DNA from: Saprolegnia diclina VS20
Taxonomy: Eukaryota
Direction: 5' to 3'
DNA length: 64,000 bases
Assembly (NCBI RefSeq): GCF_000281045.1
Contig: NW_008246087.1
Location: 457,253 to 521,252 of the forward strand
Shown: piece after piece, positions 44,473-56,061 of the stretch
How positions within the stretch are numbered: position 1 is the stretch's first letter
Layout: each line of letters begins with the position of its first letter
Position numbers and translations under genes: made by a program
Notes under the pieces: model-generated
Databases searched by the model: none
What the model was told of the DNA's origin: nothing
What the model saw: the letters and a program-made list of their open reading frames with translations, nothing else

Positions 44473-47155
44473 ATGGCGTGCGCGTTCCGCAGCTTTGCCG
44501 CCACGTTTACCTGCGGCGCGCTCTACTGTGGCGACGACCACGCCTGCTGCATTGTGGATCGCAACTGCACTGTGGGCACTCGGTACTCGCCTTTGTCGCC
44601 GCTGGTCATCACGGACCCTATCACTCTGGTGCACACGCTCCCACCGATCGATAGCATGTAAGTACGCTACGGCGTGGCCGTGGTCTCATGGCAGCGTAGA
44701 ACGTTTCGTGGCAATGGCCTCCGACAACTGGGCCTCGTCGGCGACCAAGACAAGCTTCAGCGGGCGACTGTTCGCGCCTTGTACTTTCTTTTTTGTACGA
44801 GGCGAAGATAGAAAAGCTGCGTAGGACACTTGTCGACAACCCGACTCTCGGGTCCATGGTCTATCTTCCAACGTCCCTCGAAGCACTGTCAGTGTAGCAA
44901 AATCATTGGTTTGAACAGCGGACGAAAATGTCATCGTTAGAACGCTCACAAACGACCCACGACCTCGCCGCAACGACACACTGCCGACTGAGTATGCGTG
45001 GCCACCGACGCTAACGAGCTTGTACGCGGTTTCTACGAGGTGCACGCGCTGAAAAAATGCGATTGTCAGGCGTGTGACCGGGACGTTGCTACCGACGGAC
45101 GCGCCGCTACCACCGAGCCTCGGCATCTTGTACGACAACTTGTTCATGTTCAATCATGCTCACGACGGACTAGCGACTGCACCGCGTGTGGCTGGTCATC
45201 AATTCCCGCCGCCTATCCGTGGCCGGCAAATCTCACCGAAATGTTGTACCTCTCATCGCTCTTTCAAGTCACCAACTGTGTGTAGCCACCTGCGTGCCAA
45301 CCACCTCGAAGGCTTCTCGACACGCCAGCGATGGCCCCTGACTCTTCAGATTCTGTAGTGTCTCTGGACGTTAGCTCCTCCTCACCGGAACCGCACAGGG
45401 ATGTCTCGCTCAACGAGATTGCGAGTTTGGACGGCCTTCCCACACAGCTCGCAACACTGTTCGTGCTCACCGACGTCATCATCACGATCCACTTCCATCA
45501 ATCTAGCAACGTGAGCGGCAACCGCCTCTCAACAATCACGATCGGCACTTCGTACTGGGCCACGACCATGTATACCACCCACTACGTCGTTGTCAAATGA
45601 CTGATCAACTAGGGACTTTTCAAATAATGCACGTCTGCAACACCTCACGTGCACAAGCCCGCAGGCAGCGACGGCCTTTACGACGCTGTAAAACCCAACA
45701 TGATGACCGTCCTAAACGAGACGCGTAGGAACGTTGAGGGCTGCCCTCTCGCGCCCCTTCACGTCGATAGAGACTGCAAGACAAAGCTGCAGACCGGCCT
45801 CGTGCTCGGCAGCACGGACGCAGCGACGACGCGCTGCGAGTACAAACTCGTGCCTTACGACGGCGCGCACCTCTCGCGTGGGTTTCAGCTCTGTCTCTTA
45901 CCTGGTGCGTTCGACGTATTCTCAACAGCCTCCATGATACCGACACGGTAGGCACCTACTCGGAAAGGACGTGGCGAGTCATCGTGTTTGTCGAGTCCCT
46001 CCTTACCGTCGTCTTCGGCACCATATTGATCGTCGCGCGCTGCTACCCGCGGTGTGTCCGGAAGCGGCCACCCCCCACGCCCCCCCCGCTCGTGGTGAAC
46101 GAGCCAATGGACGACGACCCCCGCCTCGTGCCGCTGCGCGCGTACCGGGTCGACGCTGCGCACCTGCGCATCGATGAGATGCGTCCGCTGGGGCGCGGCG
46201 CCCACGGCCTCGTCGTCTACGGCCAGTACAAGCGCCGGCACATCGCTGTGAAGCGCGTGCGCGCGGATATGGCGTCGCCCGAGATCCTCCACGCGTTTGT
46301 GCAAGAGGTGGCGCTCAATGCCATGTGTGTCCTGCGTTCAACACCGCTTTGTCTCATCGTTGTTGTCATGCGTAGCTTGCACAGCCCGTATATCGTCGAC
46401 TTTGTCGGCGTCTACTGGTCGCCCAAGGTCGGCCTCCCGTCGCTGGCGTGCCTCGTCGAGTACATGGCGCTCGGGGACTTGCGCGCGTGCTTGCAGACGC
46501 CACAGACACCGACGTGGAAGCTTGGCGTGGCACACGACGTTGCCCACGCGCTGTATTATTTGCACAAGAATGGGGTCGTGCACCGGGATTTGAAGTCGCG
46601 AAATGTGCTCCTTGGCGTCGAGGGCGGCGCCAAGGTCGGCGACATGGGCGTCGCGCGCCGCGTGTTTGTCGATGAGAGCGACGACACGCTCACCAATGCT
46701 GTCGGCACGTACCGCTGGACAGCGCCCGAGGTGCTCCGGGGCACGAGCTACGACACCAAAGCCGACATGTACTCGTTTGGCATGGTACATGCTCTCATCG
46801 TTGGCTTTTTGTGATCTTTTGCGCCATGTAGATTCTCACCGAGCTCGACTCGTATGCGCTGCCGTACGAGCACGTCCGCAACGAGCGCGGCCAGCCGCTT
46901 GGCAACATCTCGCTCCTCTTCAAGGTAGTCCGGTCGTTGTAGCAAGAGAAAGAACCTGTGGTATAGGTCATGGAAGGGACGATTACTCCGACATTCACAC
47001 CCACGTGCGCACCGTGGCTGCGCGACCTGGCGACCGCATGCAGTGCACATGACCCAAGCGCGCGACCATCGGCGGCTGATGTTCTCTTGGTGCTGGCGCG
47101 CCTCGCACCGATCAAGGTCCCGTCCGAGCACCTCCACGGGGTGCAGCGCCTGTAG
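44473..47155 (+). CDS. LRR receptor-like kinase (TKL), paralog 4
   Basis: MACAFRSFAATFTC..CCIVDRNC cap; LRR exons (HLRANHLEGF, DVSLNEIASLDGLP); TM VFVESLLTVVFGTILIVA; GRGAHG, HRDLKSRN, DMG, GTYRWTAPE. Confidence 0.83.
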
Positions 47156-47964
47156 CGACGTTAGATGTCGATCTGTGTTGCTCTTTGACAGAAGTATATG
47201 GTTCAATCGGTGTGGAGCAGCTCGTTGTGACAGAGGCATCGCTGGCGCTCGTGCATCGCAGAACGGTGGAGCGACGCTGTCGCCGTCTTTCCTCAAAACG
47301 TTGGTTCCCTGCCTTGTGGGTGGCGCGTACGTCATCGATGGTTGTCGCTCCAGCGTCAAAAGACGCGACGCACTGTGGGCAACGGCGTTGCACGTGAACG
47401 TTCTGGTATCGTCGATCGAACGCAGGAGGTCACTGCAGGAGGTCACTTGCACACGTGGTGAACAACCCTTTGTGGATCTGATGTAGGCATCATTTGGCGC
47501 AGCTGCCAGTACGACCATGCACGGCTAACTCGTCCTGGCACCAAGTCCGATACGAGCAGCGCCTTGACGCGACGACGACACTTGAAGTCCTCGTAGCTCG
47601 CTGCGGCTGCTGCTTTCTAGCACACGTCCACGCACGTCGCTACCAGTACAGCACTTGTCTGTTCACAGCGGCGCTGTGCAGCTCGTGGCGCATGCTCGTA
47701 ATCAACCTTCCGCGAGTGGGAGGGTGGTCAAAAATACCGTCGCGATTCCAAAAACACGGTACATTTATCAGATACAAGCGTCCCGGCTACGCACATGTCG
47801 CAGATCCAAACGGCAATGTCAAATGCCGACAAGAACGCGGCGAAGGGAAGCGGCGCGTCTGCTGACCTTGCAGCGAACAAGAGAACGTGAGTGTATCAGT
47901 GGCGACAGGCCATTCGTAGGGACCGGCGGACACCACGTGCGCCTCAGTGCGTCCACGGACAGTA

Positions 47965-50797
47965 ATGGGTCCCTTCAACAACTCAGATGCGCTTGAAGAC
48001 GGTCGTGGCAACTCGTCAATTGACCTCGTGATGCCGTCTCTCCCCAGCAATCTGGCGTGCATCTTTGCGGGCTTTGCGTCGACGTTCACGTGCGACCGCC
48101 GCTTTTGCCCTACCGACAACTGCTGCCTCGTGGACGACGCCTGTCGACTGCTGCAGACGTACCCGTCGCCACCGACGTTCGTCAACGCTACGATCGAGCT
48201 GCTGCACTCGCTGCCTCCCGTCGCCAGCGTGTAGACCGCGCGGTGTGATATTGTGTTCGACTACGTTCTTGTAGGACCTTTCATGGCAATGGCCTGCGCC
48301 AAATCGGCTTGGCTACCGACGCTGCGGCGATGACGTCGAGTCCCACGACGTCCATGTACTCGACGTTTCAACTCGCAACCAGCTCACGCATTCTGTAGGT
48401 GGGTGCGTGCGAACCCGCAGGTGAACGGGACAGTGCTGCTGCCCGCAACCATGACCGACGTGTACGTCAGATGCGCGACTCGTTCCATTCTCAGTCGCAA
48501 CAGGTATTTTGCCGACTTGACGGACGATCCCCACCGGTCGTTTGTGTGGCCCAAAGCGCTGCGCTCCCTGTATGTTTCATAGTCTTTTCGATATTGCATC
48601 GGTTGAGTCTGCGAGTAGGTCGATGGACGACGCAGCGTTCGCCGTCGACACGCCGCTGCCAGCCTCGCTCGAGAGCTTGTAGGGCCACCCCTATCGTATG
48701 GCGTCTCACTTTGTCGGTGTAGTCACTGCAGCAACTGCGGCTGGTCGCGTGTCCGGCATTCGTACGAATGGCCCCCCGCCCTAAAGCACCTGTGCGCCGT
48801 GGTGCTGACATCGTAGACGCTCATTATGGCGTAGGACCCTACGTCGCAACCGCATGCAGTCGTTCACAGCCAAGCACTCGTGGCCATCGACGCTGCAGAC
48901 ACTGTAGACTATGATGCATTCCATCCATTCACTTATCGCAACGGCGTGCACTAGGGACGTGTCGAGCAACCTCATTGAGCTCTTCGAGGGCCTTCCCGTT
49001 GTCAAGTCACTGTACGTTCTACAATCTATAGTGGACAAGGTGTAGACTCGAACCAACTAGCAACATGCGTCAGAACCGCTTGCGCTCGATTCACCTCTCG
49101 GTCCACATGTGGGCCGACAACTTGTACGAGTAGACAAGTTACATTATCGCACAGGGCTCATCCAAACGCTAGGGACTTTTCAAGCAACCCGTACCTTGAA
49201 TCTGTTCAATGTGCGCAACTGCCGCACCCATTTTCGTTCTTGTACGTACACTCTGGTTTTTGAGTTCATAGTAGTAAACACTATGTAACTGCAGAAACTT
49301 GACCAACTCGTCGTACGCGACGCTGTCGCTCGACAAGAGCTGCGTCAAGGCGCTGGGATTGGCGGCCGACAAGTCTGCAGCCGAGTTTGTCGTTGTCCCC
49401 AAAAGCTATCTCAATGGAAAGCCGTCGTGTCCGTTTGGGTGCTCGGCGTCGCTGACGGTCACCATCGACGCCGAGCCAAGCGCCATTGCCGTCTGCAACA
49501 TGACAGGTTTGCATGTTTCGATGGTCACCGGAATGCCCACACTGCTCCGTAGATGTCCTGACGACGCAGCTCTGGATCGGTATCTATATTGCGGAAAGCG
49601 TCCTCGTCGTGCTCGCCATCGTCGTCTTCGCGCTTCGACTCACTCGGTCGTTTTGCTTTGCATTGACAACGACCAACACGAGCACCCACGACGGTATCGA
49701 GCTCGAATTCATCCCAGCGCTACTCTCCGACGACGAGATTCGCCGCCTGTTGCCACTCGAGCCCTACCGGCTGCGTGCGCCACTGACACTGTATCCCCGG
49801 TCGATCCTGGGGCGCGGTGCGACCTCTGACGTTGTCCTTGGGTCGTACCACGCGCAGTATGTGGCCGTCAAGCAGATTCGCCGCGATCTTGTCTCGTCCG
49901 AGATGGTCTGCGCCTTTGTCGACGAGATCCGCCTCATGGCGCGGTACCATTCTATCGCACTCTCGGTGCCCAACTCATGTACGGGCTCCTAGGTTTTCAT
50001 GCCCGTATCTGGTCAGTTTTGTGGGCGTCCAATGGTCGACGTTCTTGCATCTGCAGTGCGTCGTCGAACACATGGCGCACGGCGATCTGCGCTCGTACTT
50101 GGAAACACACCGTACACTGCCGGCCGACGCGCAATGGCGCATGGCGCTGGCCGTAGCGCAAGCACTCGTGTACCTCCACGCGCATAGCGTCGTGCACCGG
50201 GATGTGAAGTCACGAAATGTCCTCCTCGGCGAGAATCTGCAAGCCAAAGTCGCCGACTTTGGTGTCGCGCGCCGCGTGGCCAGCAAAGACGACGAAGTCA
50301 TGACGAGTGCCGTCGGAACGTTCCGCTGGACGGCGCCCGAGGTGCTTCAAGGCGCCCGCTACGACACGAAAGCGGACATTTACTCGTTTGGCATGGTACG
50401 TGCAATGCCACAAGGTAGCGCAGGAGGAAACGCTTTCATGATGCAGGTGCTCACGGAGCTCGACTCGCGCAAAGTACCGTATGCGGATGTTCGCAATGGC
50501 CGCGGCCAAGCCATGGGCAGCTTTACGCTTCTCTACCACGTACGTCCGAGTCGTTGTTCGACAACAGCTTAGAAGGTTGTGTGTTTGTAGGTGATGCGAG
50601 GCGAGATGCAGCCATCCTTCTCATCCGCGTGTCCCGAGTGGCTAAAGGACGTGGCACTGCGCTGCGTGGCGCTCAATCCGGACAAGCGTCCCACGGCGCG
50701 CGAGGTCGTCCAGGCTCTTGAGGACGCCAATATCTTTACCATTTTGAACGACGATGATGACGCGGACACATCGAGTGAAAGCTCGATCGCGCACTAA
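47965..50797 (+). CDS. LRR receptor-like kinase (TKL), paralog 5
   Basis: ACIFAGFASTFTC..CCLVDDAC cap; nine consecutive LRR exons mapped (48275-49241); TM WIGIYIAESVLVVLAIVVFAL; HRDVKSRN, DFG, GTFRWTAPE. Confidence 0.85.
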
Positions 50798-50983
50798 GCC
50801 AACAACCTATTTACAGTGCTGCAGTACTATGATGCATGGTGGGAGAACGTTATGGTGAATTCTCGTGCTGCCACGTCATTTTGGAACATGACGTGGCACC
50901 GTCTCGGCGAAGCAGACTGCATACGGCAATTGGCCGTATCTTTGGCAGTTGCAGCAGTGGATCTTGTTCATTGTGACCGTTCG

Positions 50984-51692
50984 ATGCCGTCGCTCAAGGT
51001 ACTCGTCGTTGGCCCCAAGGAAGGAGGCAAGACTGCGGTAGCTACGCTAGACAAACTATGTACATACTCTTGGGACGTGCATAGATCGCCAACTTTCTCG
51101 CCGAGGGCACGGACCGACTGGGGAACCAAGAGCGGTACCAGCCCACGATTGGCGTCCGGTGCGTCATTCATACATCTTTCCAAGTGGTTGATACCCAAGA
51201 ACGTAGTATTCTTGAGTGTGAGAAGAACCTGGGGCGCGGCCAAGTGAGCTTGGAGTTTTGGGACTGCTCGGGCGATCAAATGTAGCACGTGCCGAATCTG
51301 GCGCTGGTATCTGACGCGCTTTGGTAGCTACGAAGCGTGCTGGCCTGCCATTCTGAAGGATGCGCACGCAACGCTGCTCGTGTACAACCCCGAGAGCCAC
51401 GTCCACGAGAGCGAAGTGACCTTGTGGTATCCTCGCTGCGTCGCCCGCGCCAAATAAGAGCTTGTTTAGGTACGAGTGGTTTGTGCAGAACGCAGGCCTG
51501 GACCCGAGCCAGTGCCTCGTCTTTGCACATTCGCCCAACAAGACGGGCGGCCGCGGGAAAGTGAGCCTCCCGCCGACGCTCAAGACGGTGCAGACCAACT
51601 ACGAGACCGCGACGGTGCTCAAGTCGGAATTTGACGCGTTCCTTCTCACGGTCCAGGACGCCGTGCAGCGACAGCAGCGCAGTCGCAAATAA
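50984..51692 (+). CDS. IFT22: Intraflagellar transport protein 22 (RABL5), multi-exon
   Basis: LKVLVVGPKEGGKTA|IANFL..YQPTIGVR|ILE..LEFWDCSGD|YEACWPAI..LLVYNP, CLVFAH. No NKxD motif, as in IFT22. Confidence 0.88.
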
Positions 51693-52139
51693 GCTCGGAA
51701 GCGCCCTCCGATACAAATAATCCGGTTCGTTTCATGTAAACTTTGCCGCGATCCAAACGCTCGGCAGTGGATCGATGACGAAATTGTACATACGATTTGT
51801 AGTTACCAGCAGCATTCACGAAGGTTTGGCAGTCTGTGGTTGGTCGACTCGACTGTTGAAGACTGTGGTGGCATGAGACAGACGCAGTTGCTGCTGTCCG
51901 CTAGTCGCCACGCGTTCGTTGGCGAGCAAACCTCCTGGCCTTCTACACGATTACGTTATGAGCTCTGAGCTACCCGATGTTCTCGAGGATTTGCACGGCT
52001 ACGACTACTCGGTCAGCCGTCGCGCGTTGTCCGCCCTAGCCCTAGCTCAACTCGATCATTCGACACTAGACTGTGCAATGCAAGGCTTTGAAAGTTAGCA
52101 CAACGGGGCCTACAGCGAATGTCGCACCAGACGCGATGG

Positions 52140-55100
52140 CTACACAAGCGGGCGCTTTTGGTACATAGGTGTCGTAAACTCGGTGTGCATGGCTTTGGCT
52201 TTGGTTGGGCTGAGGCTAAACGGCTTTCGCGACGGCCGCCGGGGCTCGCTCGCGTGCTCCTCCTTGCGGGCGCGACCGAATCGATGCGCCGCAAACGCCA
52301 CAAGTACCAGAACGGCGACCGCGGCTGCGATGATGAACGCAATCGCTGTCGTGCTCAAGGCCGGGCCACTGGCGCCGGTGATGCCCGCATCTTGTTCGTG
52401 GACGACGACCACGCCGTTGGCAAACTCGGTGGTTTGGACAGCGCCAATGCTGGTGACGCTGTGGAGCGCCGCCGTGGTTTGCAGCATCTTGAGCAGCGGC
52501 GCATCCGTGCTATTGGTCGCAATGAGCGTGTAGAGATCGCTGTTGAGATCGCTTTTGGCGGCCAAATGCAGTTGGAGCCCTGCCGTCTGCGGTGACTCGC
52601 TTGCGAGGCTCAGCAGCACGACAGATGCATTCCAGTGAGCACTCAAACGCGTAGTGAGCGCCGAGAGCTGGTAGGTACTCATGTACGCCAACGCGTACCC
52701 GCCGAGATGGAGCTTGACGTCGACGTAGTTGAGCCATGCGTTGGGCGCCCGACACTGATCGGCGCCTCCGGCACTCGTTTGCCCCGGGGCACAGGGCGTG
52801 CAGGACGAGGTCGCACCGCCGACGCATTGCGTATTGGCGTCGCACGAGCATGGAATGCATTTGGTCGACCCGCCATTCGAGAAGTACCCCGGGGCACACA
52901 AGGTGCAGTTGGCGTTGGATGCTGACGCCGGTGGCGTCGAGTCGCCCACTTCACACGCGGCCGCGGTGCACTGCGCGGCGCCGCCGGCCGAAACAAGGCC
53001 CGCAGCGCAGGGAAAGCACTGTCCGTCAACCACGTCAGCGCCCTACAAACAATACCGCCCGTGAGAGCCTTGCACATTGCGTGATAGTCTACCTTGGGGG
53101 AGCTGTAGCCAGGCGCGCACGCCGTCTTGGCACAGAGCGTGGCCCCGCCGGGTGAGAAGTAGCCGGCGTCGCACACACCACAGGTCGAGTCTGTATGTGC
53201 CGCACCCGCTTGGGTCGCGCCGGTGCCCCGGGAGCAGGTCATGGGCGCGCAGTCGAACCCTGCGCCAGGCGAAAAGTACCCGAGTTTGCATTCGTAGCAC
53301 TGCTCGGTCGCCGACGACGCGCCGGGTGGCGATCCGTACCCCGGGCTGCACGCGGTCACCGCGCACGTGGCATTGCCTCCGGCGCTGAACTTGCCAGCGA
53401 CACATTTCGTGCACGAGCCATTCACCGAGGTTGCGCCGATTTGGGACGCAAACCCCGGGGCGCACGTCGTCGGTCCCAGGCAGGGGCTCGTGCCGCCGAC
53501 GGAATACCTTCCGACAGCGCACGCTGTGCAGTTGGCCACCGGGTCCGAGGCCCCGGAAGGCGACGACGAGCCGGGCGGGCACTGCGTCGGGCGACACTCT
53601 GTCGAGCCACCGACACTGTAGGTGCCCTGCGGACACGTGTTGCACTGAAGCACGGGGTCTGTCGCGTTCGCTGCGGATGCTGTGCCCGGGGCACACGTTG
53701 TTGGTCGTGCCGGCGCTGCGCCCCCAGAGCAAAAGTGACCAGCCGGACACATCGTACAATTGCCAATGGCGTCGGTCGCGCCAGCAGCTGCCCAGCTTCC
53801 GGGAGCACACGTCGTTGGCGCGCATTGGTGCGACGCGCCCACGCTGAAGGTTCCGTTGCTACAGAGCGTACACGTCGCATCGATATCCGAAGCGCCCGTC
53901 GAGTGGGATGCGAATCCTGGCTTGCAGCTCATATCGGCGCACGAACTCGTTGAGCCGTTGCTATAGAGACCTACGCCACAGGCGATACACTGGTCGGTGG
54001 CGGTCGTCGCGCCTACATGTTACTCAGTACGACCCAAACGAAGCCATTCAAGTCGTACCTGGTGCCGCCGCCGTGCCTGGTGCGCACGTGCACGGCGCAC
54101 AATTCGCCGACCCGCCGGCGCTAAACCAGCCAGTAGGGCACGTACTGCACTGTGCGACGGGATCGAAGGCGGCGGCCGGCGCCGCTTGGCCAGGAGCACA
54201 CGTTGTTTCGAGGCATACACTGCTGTTGCCGCGGCCAAACGTGCCTTGGGGGCACACCTTGCAGTCCGCCACGCCATCACTGGCGCCGAGAGGCAGTGCG
54301 TAACCCGGTGCACAGAGCCCGGGAGCGCACTGGGTGCCACCCCCAGCGCTAAAGAAGCCGTGGACGCACTCTTCGCACATGCCTTGCGAGAGGTGCGCGC
54401 CGGGGGCCGCCGACGCGGTGCCCGGTGGGCACAACGTCGCTGCGCACGGGTGGTTGAAGCCAATACTAAACGTTCCCGGCGCACAAATCGAGCAGTTGGC
54501 AGTGGCGTCCGACGCGCCGAGAGCTGCACCGGATCCTTGGGGGCACGCGGTGGGCTTGCAATGCGCGTCGCCGCCTTGTGCGTACGTTCCAAGCGGGCAC
54601 AGCTCGCACTGCGACGTCGGCGACGTCGCGCCCTCGGGGGCAAACGTACCGGGCGCACAAGCCGCCGGGGTGCACACGCCAGCGCCGCCCATCGAGTACG
54701 TGCCAACTGGGCACCCCGTGCATTCTGTTGCCGACGCCGCCTTGGCGTCGGCTGCCCAGCCAGGAAGGCACGTCGCCGGTTTGCACGTGGTGTCGCCTAC
54801 TCGCCGCATACGTCCGTTGGCTGTCAAACCGTCAACGATCGTAGTAGTTGTACCTGCGGCTGCGTAGTAGCCGCGCTCGCAAGCAACGCAGAGCGAGGCG
54901 CCACCGTGGGAGATGTGACCAGCAGGACACGTGCCGCACTGATCACTAGCACTGGCGTTGGCGACGCCGGTCGTACCGGGCGCACACTTCATATCGACGC
55001 ATCGCGACGCATTGCCCGCTGAAAACTGTCCGAGGGCGCAGGTTGTACACGTAGACGTCGGGTCGGCGGCCTTGACATTGGACGACGCGGTGCCCGGCGC

Positions 55101-55539
55101 GCAGGCCATGGCCGAACACGCCATGCTCGCCCCGAGGCTGTACATGCCAGCGCCGCACGCCAAGCAGTCGGTCGGGTCGTTGGAGCCAGCGACCATACCA
55201 TACCTACGCCAAACCGCCTTGATGCAAGAGGAGGGGGGGCCGCGCGACGCACCCTGGGGGGCATGTGGCTGGGTTGCAGATGGACTGCCCGCCGCTGCTA
55301 AAGTACCCCGACGGGCACACGGCGCAGTCGGTGGCGTTGACCGCGCCAGCCGACGCCGCAAACCCTGGCGCACACTGCACCGGCTTGCACGTTGAGTTGC
55401 CCCCCGCGCCGTAGAGGCCTTGGATGCACTGGACGCAGCTGGACGTGGTCGTGTCAACGCCGTAGCCCGCGTCGCACGAGAGTGCCACCGACGTCAGCGC
55501 GCAGTGGCTCAGCGCCGCAACGTACACGAGGAGCCGCAT
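52140..55539 (-). CDS. Type I surface protein with about 20 Cys-rich GCC2/GCC3 (ephrin-receptor-like) repeats
   Basis: Signal peptide MRLLVYVAALSHCALTSVALS; repeated CxxCxxGx(F/Y)SxGG..C..C.PG units; C-terminal TM IAFIIAAAVAVLVLVAFAA and short basic tail. Confidence 0.85.
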
Positions 55540-56061
55540 AAGCGATCGAGGGTTCAAATGCGAGGATGAGAGCTAAAGAACAACAAGACGCGCGCGTATC
55601 TTGGCGGCGTTTCCGCTTCTGGCCAATCCCAAGGCGCGTAGAACAACAGCGTCGTATCCATGACGTGGCGCGCTGTGGAGACATTCAACGCGAGCCAATA
55701 CATGATGCTTTGAGCCTTCATAATTCTAGACACACCTGTACTTGGCCACTGAAATGATCGCAGCGTTGTGGCTCCGCGCATAGAGCGTGGACTGGCATGT
55801 TATCGCACCGTGGCGGACGACACTTACATGCGTGCTAATGGGAGGGTGACAGCGCTGCACATGACAAGCGAAAGACGTAGCGTTGACGCATAGAGTAAGA
55901 GCCTGCTCTCTCGACCGGATGGACACGATGAAGTATGAGTCCCCCACTGCTGTTGTACGAGATGCTGGAGTATACCGAGTGACACCGTTGTGAGCCAAGA
56001 GCCAAGAGACACGCAGGTGAAATAGGACGATTAGGTTAAGATGGATTTAGTTGGATGCCGA

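Noticed and set aside
47160..47900. Minus-strand ORF 46748-47518 between kinase paralogs 4 and 5
   Set aside because: It overlaps the end of paralog 4, has no motif and shows weak coding signal.
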